DNA of 35,259 nt from Octopus bimaculoides (lineage: Eukaryota), in assembly GCF_001194135.2 (NCBI RefSeq), contig NC_068987.1, forward strand, positions 75,140,242 to 75,175,500, read 5' to 3'. Made by a program: the position numbers and the translations under genes. Positions 23,168-35,259 of this stretch are shown here, piece after piece. Numbering within the stretch: position 1 is the stretch's first letter; each line of letters opens with the position of its first letter. Below the pieces are notes generated by a model. The model saw nothing but the letters and a program-made list of their open reading frames with translations. It had not been told where the DNA came from and did not search any database.

Positions 23168-23217
23168 ACTTTCTGTAGCCTATCAGTAATTGCAAATACT
23201 GATAGGGCACAGAAAGT
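23168..23217. repeat. 50-bp hairpin (19/21 stem, 8-nt loop)
   Basis: actttctgtagcctatcagta-attgcaaa-tactgatagggcacagaaagt. Confidence 0.9.
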
Positions 23218-24678
23218 TGGGAGGGTTGGTTTGAGAAGGGAGGACACCCAAGACCAGGCAAGATAGTGTGAGGAGTCTAGATTGGGCACAATGCATTATT
23301 GTAAAACTTGTGGTGGCAGATACCAGGGTCACGTAAAAACACCCATTACACTCTTGGAGTGGTTGGTGTTAGGAAGGGCGTCCAGCCATAGAAATCATGC
23401 CAAATCAGACTGGAATCTGCAGCCTTCCAGATTGCTGGCCCTGGTCAAACTGTCTAACCCATGCCAGCATGGACAATGGATGCTAAATAATGATGATGAG
23501 GTGGTGGAGATGTAGGACGAGACTGAGATTAAGACAGCAGCAACAATTGAGTGAAAGAGGAGAGTATTCTAAATATAACAGGCCATGGCACATGGGAAAA
23601 TGTGATGGAAATTAAGCATACATTAATTTATGCTATTGAGACTCCTGGCCACAGGAAATAAGATTTTACTACTACCACTGAGTTAAGTTGGGCAAAGCAT
23701 TTACCTCCCCTTGACCCATTTTCGTTTGACAGTGGAAAATTGATACCAACCTATTTCACAGAATAGGTCAAGCAATAAAATTAAAAACTTCAAGTTAACT
23801 ACCTCATTCATGCAATCATGATGTTAAAAATGAATTGGGTGTACATATACACAATAAAAATACAAAACGTGAATACAAAACAGAGAAGAGAATATGCTCC
23901 ATTCCAAATACTTAGTCAAGTGAAACAAAAACAAGTTCCATCATATTTATAATTTACTACTGTATAAGCAACGTTAATACAACTATATATTTGGCTGTAT
24001 GTACGTGGGAGTATTCATTTGTTATACATTTGCTTTTCTATGGGTTAAGATGACTATACTATTGAGGTACTGTTTTCCAAATGGATGCCTTTCTAGGTCA
24101 ATTTGTGTTCATGCGTGTGTGTGTGTGTGTGTGTGGTGTGTGTGTGTGTGTGTGTGTGGTGTGTGTGTGTGCATGTGCATGCACACACACATAATGTATA
24201 CACATAATTCTTTATTTTTCTTAATCAGTACAATGCTACAAAAAGTTACACAACAAAAGTGACTGTCAGAATGGAGTAAGTTGAGCAAGAACACACACTG
24301 AAACGAAAAGTGCTGTTGAAGAGGTCAGAGATGTGTGACGAAGGATTTCCAGACAACAGACATGTGTTAAAATAATAACAGTAATAAACGAGTGAAGGAA
24401 AAAAAGTGCCCCAGCATGGCCACAGTCAAATGACTGAAACAAGTAAAAGAGTATATAGTGCATGTGTTTATTTGGTAAAAAAAAATAAAGAAATAAAATA
24501 ACCATCCTGAAATACAACATTTGTTTCAACACATGATTTCACATCTGGAATCCTGCAAAATGAACTCATATACATATATATCAACAAGCAGTTGTATTAG
24601 TTTGACACTTGGGAAAGTGAGAACGTGTTTTACGTTTTGAGCCTATGCTCTTCAACAGAAAGAAATATGAGGAAATAA

Positions 24679-24717
<39 letters not shown>

Positions 24718-26829
24718 AGTTTGACTGTGTGGTAAAAAGCTTGCTTTTCAGCCACATGGTTCTGGGTTCAGTCCCACTACGTGGCACCTTGGGCTGACCA
24801 AAGCCTTGTGAGTGGATCTGGTAGATGAAAACTGAAAGAAGCCTATCATATATATATTGTTGCTATTATGTTAAACTGTCATATGTCCAAATTTGGCCAA
24901 ACATGTTTTTTTCAATAATTAATTTTGCTTGCAATAACCAGATTTTTGGTCAAACTATTATTATCTCCAGCGCCTTCAAACAAGAATTGTCAAAGTGTAG
25001 TACAACAACTTAGCATTTTACAAAAGTGCAGTAAGCCCCACATACAACAGTTTTGCAAGAATATTTCTGACAGAAAACATTCACAGAGTTACGATTTTAT
25101 GCACCCAACAAAGTATAACTATTAAGCTAAAACTGTCACTAATGTAAAAAGAAATGGAATAGTGGAGCTATTTTTTTGTTTTCTGAAAAAGCAATGTTTT
25201 GTACTTACTACNNNNNNNNNNNNNATATATACATTTATGTGAGCATGTCTTTGCCCTGCCCCCCAGAAAGAAGCCTGTCATATATATGTATGCGTGTGTG
25301 TATGTGTGTGTTTGTACCCGTGCCATCGCTTGACAACCAATGCTGGTGTGTTTCTGTCTCCTGTAACTTAGCAGTTTGTCATAAGAGACCACTGGAATAA
25401 GTACTAGGTTTACAAAGAATAAGTCCTGGGATCAATTTTTTCAACTAAAACCCTTCAAGGTGGTGTTCTAGCATGGCTGCAGTCAAATGACTGAAAAAAA
25501 TAACTGAATAAAACAACATATAAAAAACTGTTTTAATGTGAAAAAAAATTCATGCCTTCCTACAAACAACTACACAAAGCACACTAAATTCACCAGCAAA
25601 TTCATATTTAGTGTTTGTGTGTGTGTGTGTGCGCGCACGCGTGAGAGATTAAGAAGCCTATTTCTCAACCATGAGATTCCAGTTTCAATGCTACAGTGTG
25701 ACACTCTGGGCAAGAGTCAACTATTTACTGTATAAACTTAGGTAGGCCAAAACACATCTGACTGAAATTTGGTAAATGAAAATTGTGCAAGGGTAGGTTC
25801 AGTGCATGCATACATATTTTAATGTCCATTTTCCATGCTGGCATAAGCTGGATGATTTTGACAGGAGCTGATGAGCCAGAGAGCTCCACCAACCTCCAAT
25901 GCCAGGATTTCTACAGTTGATTACCCTTTCTAATACCAACTGCTTTACTGTGTAATGGGTGATTTTTATGTGGTAATAGCACCAGTGAGGTGACCGAGTA
26001 ACTTGCAAAGCAAGATCCTTCAAATGAGGTGGGTGAAGTATTGAGGGAGGTGACTTTATACTAGGCAATGAGAGAAAGTATGATGAGAGGGACAGAAACA
26101 CACGTGTGCATACACACACACACACACACACACACATCATCATTTAATGTTCCCATTCCATGCTGGCATGGGCTGGACAATCTGATTGAAAACTGGTAAG
26201 ATGGGGAGCTGCACCAGGCTCCAATCTGATTTGGCATGGTTTCTACAGCTGGATGCCCTTCCTAATGCCAACCACTCTAAGTGTAGTGGGTACCTTTTAT
26301 GTGTCACTGGCACAGGTGTCAGTTATGGAACACCAGCACTGGCCATGATTATGATCTCACTTGGCTTGGCAGGTCTTCTCAAGCATGGTATGTCACCAAG
26401 AGTCTCAGTCATTTGTTACTGCTTCTGTGAGGCCCAATGTTTGAAGGGTGCTTTTTACATGTCACTGGCATCAAGCATGACTACGATTTCACTTGGCATG
26501 ATGTTTGTTCATTTATTTTATGTCAGATTTTCATTTCTAGCAGGAGTTGGACACAAATACATAGTGAAGCATGTTTTTACAGTCGAATGCCCTTACTGAC
26601 ATTAAATCTTACCTAATTTTCAAGTAATGAAATTGTTTTTATTCCACTCATCTTCAAAAAAGGAGAGTTCTGGACATATTAACAGGTAATGTCAACAAAA
26701 TATCACCAACTTTTGCTCAACAATTTTAATATGAGGATGTAGAATGTAAACATTTACACACACATGTGCACACATATATACATGATGGGTTCCTACAGTT
26801 TTCATGTACCAAATCCATTCCCATGTGAT

Positions 26830-27087
26830 TGACAAGCCAGCATTTGCTTCATTTAGAAGACACCAAAAGTACCACAAAACAGAAGAACTCAAAATCATAG
26901 TGCTTACACAAGAATCATACAACCTGGCCATCACACCAAGAGAGAAACCCTCTGATACCAGGTGTAATAGCTCTCAGAACATTACCACTTCATTCTTACT
27001 CTGGTAACTATACTTTCAAAGCAGCCCTCTCCACTGTTAATTAGGCCATCTAGGTATCAAAAGCTATCAAATTCTTGGGGGGGGGGG

Positions 27088-27119
<32 letters not shown>

Positions 27120-27480
27120 ATCTTATGAGCATTTAAAGGAATTTATTTCCTGTGTACTCCTACTACTAGCTACTTGTATCCATCTGCCAAATGAGGTTTA
27201 ACAGCTTTATCTGCCTGCCTATGATCTAACTCCACCTCTTGTCATTTATAATTTACACCCAGTACATCACATGTTATTTTTACCTAATCTCTGTCTAAAG
27301 AGCAAAACTATTTCTGTGGTGGCAGCAGAGTCTTATCTTCTTTCCTACTTAAAAATCTTTTGTCTTTGTTCAGTTTACATGTCTAAAAATTTCTTCTCTA
27401 AATCTACAGATTCAGTTATAAGAGCTAAGTCATTAGCATACAGAGTATACAGGAATTCCCATGAGCAGTTCATCATAATT
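26830..27480 (-). mobile_element. Decayed RTE LINE ORF, RT core to post-RT region
   Basis: In order on the minus strand: CSWEFLYTLYANDLALITES (YADD motif), VN*TKTK, CTGCKL, DSF*YL, CFESIVTRVR and ELL...GFSLGVMARLYDSCV. Interrupted by G12A29 at 27077-27117. Confidence 0.8.
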
Positions 27481-29040
27481 TTACATCTGCTTTCTACGTT
27501 GGGCATGAAGTAGATAGTTGTTATGACCTGAGTCAGCCCTTTTTCACACTGACTTCTCATGTGTACATTCCAACTCTGGCATGATTTCCATAGCTGGATG
27601 CCTTTCCTGATACCTATTACTTTATAGAGTGGACTGGGTCTATTTTGTTGTTGCACCAGCACTAGAGAAGTTGCCATGCTCTCAACATGACTAAAGGGTT
27701 CTCTCAATCTTGCAATGTTTCTGTTGAATTAAAAATGGCATAGTCAAGTGATTAGAAAAGTGAGTGATGACATGGGAGCCAGAGTGAGTGGAGCAAGGAT
27801 ATGATGAAAAAAAGGGAGAGATTGGGGTGTGAGGAGGAGTGTGATGGAAGAATGACGGTGCTGAAGGGAGTAATGCAAGAAGGATAACATCTACATGTTT
27901 GTTAGTATGAGAAAGCAACTGAGTGATGAATGGCAACAAAGATGGGCTGGAGTAAAACAGAGAGGTGAATGTCTTACCCAGGCTCTTAATCTCACACAAC
28001 AAACAACAATAAACTATAAAGAATATAAACAGTGTGCACTACACACCATAACTGAATGTACAAAGACCACATCCACAGACCACTTACACAATGAAACAAA
28101 AATGCTAGAAATGAAAGACTACCTAAGTATGTGTAGGGCACAGTTTAATGGTGCAGAAATTTTCAACTTCTACAATTCACGTCACTACATGGAAAACCAC
28201 CTTCAAACACTCAGGTAACACGCCAATGCACAACTGTGACAACATTGAAACATCGGTCATACAGACTAAATAAGGAACATATACATACATAACTGGGACA
28301 TCATTACTCTCACCAGCCTTAATTGTTATGATGAAATACATGTCACCTACGATTAAGAACTGAGGAACAACAACTGACTTGCACTGACTACTGAGTTCAC
28401 TCTGCCTATCACAGAACCATGTAATTAATTCGGCATACACATATACACATAGGACTGGGAAGTTGGATTTTTATGTTACACCTTATTCAGTCAACTTACC
28501 CTCAGGCTACAGGATTCCCTGATTAGGGCTGACCTATAGCTGTACAACAATACAACAAAGCTCATTCATCACATATTCTACACAACTATCTCCCAACACT
28601 AAAACACAAGCTACACATCATGCAGTCTACAGCTTCTGAAACAATATCACCAACAAGTCATGGCACAAAGGCATTACAGAGATAAACAATAATATTATAT
28701 CTAAACATTTGTAGAGAATTCTCTAGCAGCCTAAGTTACCCTTGAACATTCTCATAAACATACGCAGACAGATTGATGGCCATATATGTATGTCAATGGA
28801 TCTATATGAGAAAAGTCATTACGTATTTGAAAAGACAAACCAATGAAACAATGACACATAGCAAAAACAGATGGCTCTTACCCATTTCATTTCAGACTTC
28901 ATCAGCAGCTGTATCAATCAACCCAACACACACACACACACACACAATCTGTAGCTTTTTAATATGATAATTAAAAGGTTATATGATATGTAACTTAGTC
29001 TGCCATTATCTTACAAGTTAATACCAACTCAAGAGAACTG

Positions 29041-29222
29041 CAGAGTTTAACATTGACCATCTACCTAGAAAACAGTAGAGTTTATCTATCATTTACGTAG
29101 CAATCAGTGGAGTTTAAAACCATCATCTAATTAGTGAACAAACAACAGAGTTTAATATCCATCATCTAATTAGTAAACATACAGTTGTTTTAACATCCAT
29201 TACCTAGCTAGCAAACAGTGGA
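29041..29222 (+). repeat. Degenerate minisatellite, about five units of 32-40 bp
   Basis: Recurrent agagttta...ccatc...tag...aaacagt. Confidence 0.7.
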
Positions 29223-30052
29223 AGTGAATAACTTAATGAACATCCACCATCCTCTTGGATGAGCCTAAAGGGGATCCACTACAAGTTCTATGTATTTCTT
29301 AATATTTTTATGGTTATCTGGACTTAATGAGAAGGATAAATGATTCTAGGATGGTGATGTAATAATGCTATAGGCAATACCAATAAAGTAAGTGTCAGGC
29401 ACAATGAGGGTTGGACTAATGTAATAAAGTGACTTTATATTGAATATATTAATTTTACTGTGCAGGTCAGCTGGTCTGATGATGTAAAATACCCAGTTTT
29501 ATGTTTCTTGCAGTTTGTTGTAGAGAGAGACTAGCAGCACAAGCAAGACTGGCATAATGACAAATATAGTACACTGTTTGGCCATTAGTATTGTTTCTTT
29601 GTGTGAACCAAAAAATAGTATATGCAAGCATTCCAACTTATGTTAACTTGTATCAGCATACAGACATGACATACTGATATGGTTCCAATCAGTGAATCCA
29701 TGGTTATCGTGAACAGAGGGCAGGCATGCATAGCCATCACAGACATGACACGGAGATTGTCAACCAGTAAGTTTCCTATAATGAACTTCATATATGTAAA
29801 AACCAGACATCAATTCAAGACTCAATTGTACTAATCCATGATTTTAGCCATCTCCCTTGTTATTTACACTGTCCCAGGAGGATCTCTGACATGACTGCAT
29901 CATATCAGGAATAAGTCTACTCCATGAGCAATAGAGTGCATGATCAAAACAACAATGGTATTTTTTTTTTTTTTTTAATGAGAGTGGTTGAAGAGAATCT
30001 ATCAGGTTATGATGATGAACTCTGAATTTGAACATAAATTAGAGGTCTAGAA

Positions 30053-30120
30053 CCACGATTCCCAATGTGGGGCACATGCTCCACCGGTGGGGTATGGTAA
30101 TATTTTGGTGAGGCATGCGT
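30053..30120 (+). mobile_element. hAT Charlie-type terminal remnant
   Basis: ccacgattcccaatgtggggcacatgctccaccggtgggg, immediately preceded by gtctagaa, which fits the NTCTAGAN target preference of Charlie elements. Confidence 0.5.
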
Positions 30121-30430
30121 AGAGTTATGCTGAATTTTTATACCTTTTGTACCCATGCTAGTTAGTCCAACCCATACTAGCATGGAAAGCGGACATTAAA
30201 CAACGATGATGATGATGATGATGATGTTTAGTATACCAATAGAGAAAGGGGGCTATTTGAGAATGGGTTATTAAAAATAAAATACTTTGCATCCTTTCTA
30301 TGGACAATTTTATCAAAGTTTGGACACTTTAGAGACAACAGGTTGTTTTCATCTTCTTCATAAGATCTGATGTTACTAAAGATTATTTCCTTCGATTTAG
30401 TGGCATGTGAAAACATGTAGGTAATTGCAA

Positions 30431-30461
<31 letters not shown>

Positions 30462-31949
30462 TGCGTGTATGTAGTATAGAACTGGTCAGTACTGAAAGCA
30501 ATGCCATCTTAATTCCCTATGGAGAAATAAATGGAGACAGACTTATGTATGCGAGTGTGTCTAAGAGTATTGACTGGCAACAAAAAAATCTAGGTAATAA
30601 ATGGCATTGTGGTTGAGAGATGAAAGAATTGAATGGGTTGAAATGGAGTAGAAGTAAAGGGTAGCGTCAGTGAAGGAAGAGAAAGAGGCAGAAAGAGAGA
30701 GGGAGATAGATAGAGAGAAATTTATGGTACTGGTAATGCACACATACACACGTATATATATATAAAGGGCATTATTACAGAAAAATAACAACGCCACACA
30801 GTGGACTTCTCAAAATAACCACATTTAGTACCTAATGCGAGGAAAAACAACCACCAGAAAGCTACCAACTTTCTTTTAAATAACCTTAACTGTGTATCGA
30901 CCGATTTCGCGATTACTAGAATGAATCTAGAATATATATATCATCATCATCGTTTAACGTCCGCTTTCCATGCTAGCATGGGTTGGACGATTTGACTGAG
31001 GACTGGTGAAACCGGATGGCAACACCAGGCTCCAGTCTGATTTGGCAGAGTTTCTACAGCTGGATGCCCTTCCTAACGCCAACCACTCAGAGAGTGTANN
31101 NNNNNNNNNNNNNNNNNNNNNNNNNNNNNNNNNNNNNNNNNNNNNNNNNNNNNNNNNNNNNNNNNNNNNNNNNNNNNNNNNNNNNNNNNNNNNNNNNNNN
31201 NNNNNNNNNNNNNNNNNNNNNNNNNNNNNNNNNNNNNNNNNNNNNNNNNNNNNNNNNNNNNNNNNNNNNNNNNNNNNNNNNNNNNNNNNNNNNNNNNNNN
31301 NNNNNNNNNNNNNNNNNNNNNNNNNNNNNNNNNNNNNNNNNNNNNNNNNNNNNNNNNNNNNNNNNNNNNNNNNNNNNNNNNNNNNNNNNNNNNNNNNNNN
31401 NNNNNNNNNNNNNNNNNNNNNNNNNNNNNNNNNNNNNNNNNNNNNNNNNNNNNNNNNNNNNNNNNNNNNNNNNNNNNNNNNNNNNNNNNNNNNNNNNNNN
31501 NNNNNNNNNNNNNNNNNNNNNNNNNNNNNNNNNNNNNNNNNNNNNNNNNNNNNNNNNNNNNNNNNNNNNNNNNNNNNNNNNNNNNNNNNNNNNNNNNNNN
31601 NNNNNNNNNNNNNNNNNNNNNNNNNNNNNNNNNNNNNNNNNNNNNNNNNNNNNNNNNNNNNNNNNNNNNNNNNNNNNNNNNNNNNNNNNNNNNNNNNNNN
31701 NNNNNNNNNNNNNNNNNNNNNNNNNNNNNNNNNNNNNNNNNNNNNNNNNNNNNNNNNNNNNNNNNNNNNNNNNNNNNNNNNNNNNNNNNNNNNNNNNNNN
31801 NNNNNNNNNNNNNNNNNNNNNNNNNNTTTCTGAAAGTTTATACTGAAATCTTTTTGAAGAAATAGTTGAAAAAATTTGCTTGAACTGAAATCTCTTCATG
31901 TTTGATTCAAAGGCAAAACTACAGATTTCAGTGCCCTAGACTTTGGATA

Positions 31950-32205
31950 ATCATAACTTTCAGAAAATGAATATTTTTAATGAAATTGTCTATGAATATG
32001 TGCTATATTATGTAGATTTCAAATATACAAAATTTTTTGGGGGAAAGTGTTTTAGGAGGGGTTGGGGTGGCGAAGTCCAGAAAATTCACCGGAGTCCACT
32101 TCAATTTGTTTTAACTTTCAAGAAAATGGATATTTTTAAATGAAATTCTCTACAAATATGCCTCGGACTATGTAGATTCCAAGGACATAGGAATTTTGGG
32201 GCAAA
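31950..32205 (+). repeat. Two diverged ~85-bp units within an AT-rich transposon-like fragment
   Basis: aactttca.gaaaatg.atattttta.atgaaatt.tcta...aatatg...tatgtagatt.caa at about 31956 and about 32113. Confidence 0.65.
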
Positions 32206-32299
32206 ACAATTGGGGGCTATATCTTGCTTTGGTCTGACCACAAATGTAAAGAAGATGATCCTTGCACAGGGAGCCCCCATTCAATCGTACTCTGACACC

Positions 32300-32800
32300 A
32301 GTGACTTAAGGGTAAGTGGTATTGTCTTGGAAACCATGGAAGCCTTTCCATACCTTGGAAGCTACCTGTCCAGCAACTGCACCACTTAGAAAGAAATCGA
32401 GAATAAGATCAGTACAACCTAAACTTTTTTTGGAAAACTCAAAGCAAGTCTTCCAAAACCATGACTCCATCATCCAAATGAAATTCATGGTATTCCAACC
32501 AGTCATAATCTCCACACTCCTCTAGAGCTGTGAGACAGGGGTGTTGTATTAATGTGACTTGAAGAAAATTGAACATTTCCAATAGCACAAACTTCATGCA
32601 TTCATTGAAAGACTATATAACCAATGAAAACGATCTGCTCTGGGCTGGAGAGTACCCAGCATTGAAGCTATCATGGAACGACACTGCCTATGCTGATTGA
32701 GACACATCATATGTATGCTTCAAACATGCCTCCCCCATCAACTCCTCTTTGTAGAGTTGGCCTTAGACCATGCAGAACTCTCAAATTCCGTTTCTGAGAC
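32300..32800 (+). mobile_element. Decayed RTE (BovB-like) LINE, post-RT region
   Basis: LETMEAFPYLGSYLSSNCTT*KEIENKI...FGKL, then VIISTLL*SCET and VPSIEAIM...LPHQLLF.EL, matching FTYLGS...EVNTRI...LLYACETW...LPKKLFYGEL. Confidence 0.85.
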
Positions 32801-34959
32801 CAGCTGAAGCCCACTCTCTTCTGCAGATTCATTGATCCAAATATCTGGGAGACAATCAAACTGGCAGAATGTCATCGTCAAGTGAATGGTCCAGATGGAA
32901 AACAATGGATGTCAAGAGGCAGAGGTCAGATGTTGAAGATGCAAAGAACAACTCACACTTCCTGCCAAGAGACAGCAAGTAGTGTTTCTTTTTTTTTTTT
33001 TTTTGTATAAAATAAAAGTAGACTTTCTCTCTGATAGCATACTGTTGGAAAACATTGTGAATTTATAATCACTGTTACATTAAATATCATCATCAACATC
33101 ATCGTTTAACGTCCGCTTTCCATGTTAGCATGGGTTGGACGATTTGACTGAGGACTGGTGAAACCAGATGGCTACACCAGGCTCCAATCTGATTTGGCAG
33201 AGTTTCTANNNNNNNNNNNNNNNNNNNNNNNNNNNNNNNNNNNNNNNNNNNNNNNNNNNNNNNNNNNNNNNNNNNNNNNNNNNNNNNNNNNNNNNNNNNN
33301 NNNNNNNNNNNNNNNNNNNNNNNNNNNNNNNNNNNNNNNNNNNNNNNNNNNNNNNNNNNNNNNNNNNNNNNNNNNNNNNNNNNNNNNNNNNNNNNNNNNN
33401 NNNNNNNNNNNNNNNNNNNNNNNNNNNNNNNCACAGGAGCCAGTCGAGCGGCACTGGGAACAGGTGCTATCACAATTTCGCTTTCGCTTGCCCCAACAGG
33501 TCTTCGCAAGCCGAGTTTCATGTCCAATGAAGGAGACGACGTTGGCATGGGTGCCAGTCGTCAAATTTAGTTCAATTTCGATTTCACTTGCCTCAACAGG
33601 TCTTTGCAAGCAGAGTTTAGTGTCCAATGAAGGAAGGTATGCATAAGTGGGCTGGCTACACCCCTGGCAGAGGCCTTAGATTTAGGTCTCAATACAACAT
33701 TCTTCTCTCAATTCTATACAGTTTGTGCCTAGAGGGACTCCAAGGGCTAGTTAACTGTCTATCTAGATACTTTTAATGACATACGTATAAGTATGGTTAA
33801 TTGAAACAGAAGACACTGTACAAACAACTGCTTGAGTGACTAAGAAACAGCGTAGTTGAATTCCAATAGGAGTGTCATGTAGATTTCACTTTCAAGAACT
33901 CATTTCTGTCCAATTTCAATCAATTGCTTATTTTCATTACCACTCAAAAAACTTTGCCCAAATTTATACCAGTTCATAAAAGAACTGTTGTTATATCTAG
34001 AGAGAGATTCATCTTCCATTCACATACACCATGGTACCAAAGCTAGCTACACTAACCCCATAACCCTTTAGCATTCAGATTATTCTGTTAAAAGTAATAC
34101 TTATCTTTACACATTGTTTTGAATCAATCATGTATTATCTCATAGCTTTTGGGTTTTCATGATGTGGTAGTTTATTTTTTGAATGGCATTGTAGGGTAAG
34201 TGTGTGGGATCAGACCTGGCTAGTTTAAATGTTAAAGTGTCAAGTCATATTTACTTGTTACAACCAACATAACTCAGGTAACCATAGCAAACCTTCTCTG
34301 AATGGACACACCCAAGTACATTTAATTTGGTAGGTCATCACAAACAGTGAACAGCGTCATCATACTAAACCATATACTAAAAATTGCAACTTACAGCATA
34401 ACCAAGATGGTCACAGAGAGCTAATCAAAGTTTGATAATTTATGAATTTAGAGACAGTAATTTTATGACAGTGATGTTCTTAGACTAATGATATGTTCCT
34501 AGGACCTGCAGTGTAATGTAAACAGATACACATGACAACATTCACTTGGCCAGTGACACATCATTATGTAAACAACCTGTAAATCTCTCAAGATCCTAAA
34601 CACAAATGAGTACAATCTCTCTAACTAGCAAACTCAAATCAAACTCAAATGTTCCTTATCTATGTGACTTTGGTTGCTAAAGGTTACTATAAAAACAGTA
34701 ATACTGACATATTTACAATTTTCTTGTATTTATAACATTTTAGAATTTACAATAGCATTTACAAATTTCTAGTATTTACATTAAATTTTGCAGTTTTTGA
34801 CAAATCTTTTACTTTTTATTTACATACATGGAGTGAACATTGCATTTGTCATTTTGTTCTTTCTTTAATGATAGTACCAAGCCTGGTGCAGCTCACTGGC
34901 TTGCCAGTCCTCAGTCAAACTGTCCAACCCATGCCAGCATGGAAAACGGATGTTAACCT

Positions 34960-35259
34960 GCTGAGGACATACGTAAGCTCGCAAGGAATGAAGCCAGTAT
35001 GCTCCGTTGGATGTGTAATGTCAATGTGAATACCCGTCAGAGTGTAAGTATCTTGAGAGAAAAGCTGAACATTAGAAGCATCAGTTGTGGCGTGCAAGAG
35101 AGACGATTGCGCTGGTATGGACATGTGGTGAGAATGGAGGAGGATAGCTGCGTGAAAAAGTGCCACACCCTAACAGTTGAGGGAACCCGTGGAAGAGGTA
35201 GGCCCAGGAAGACCTGGGCTGAGGTGGTGAGGCAAGACCTTCGTACATTGGGCCTCACC
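34960..35259 (+). mobile_element. Young RTE LINE, C-terminal ORF fragment that runs off the window
   Basis: Uninterrupted frame AEDIRKLARNEASMLRWMCNVNVNTRQSVSILREKLNIRSISCGVQERRLRWYGHVVRMEEDSCVKKCHTLTVEGTRGRGRPRKTWAEVVRQDLRTLGLT, containing the RTE RLRWYGHV and RGRPRKTW motifs. Confidence 0.95.

Noticed and set aside
29844-30035. Candidate TMEM59 first exon (QSCQRS resembles ASCHRAC)
   Set aside because: No second Cys, no TY..HTY motif, no signal peptide and no suitable phase-0 donor.

Overview
Eukaryotic, AT-rich, N-gapped scaffold with a repeat complement typical of Octopus (organism inferred, not proven). One host gene is present: a TMEM59/TMEM59L (BSMAP-family) type I membrane protein on the minus strand. 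Five coding exons are resolved (17930-17831, 16069-15972, 13673-13466, 12487-12180, 9249-9121), all with GT-AG boundaries and consistent phases, giving 280 aa plus stop. The first coding exon, with the signal peptide, is not visible. The rest is transposon debris: a decayed Tx1/L1-type LINE at the left edge, several RTE LINE fragments, at least four SINE-like families, a non-autonomous Helitron with canonical ends, a Helitron helicase fossil, hAT (Charlie/Buster) remnants, a mariner-like MITE and microsatellites. I cannot support a new biological system here. The best leads are the altered ATG16L1-binding motif in the TMEM59 tail, the modular tandem arrays in the RTE-type tail, repeated insertion of that tail into microsatellites, and the cargo inside the Helitron. 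Repeat coordinates are approximate to about 10-20 bp.
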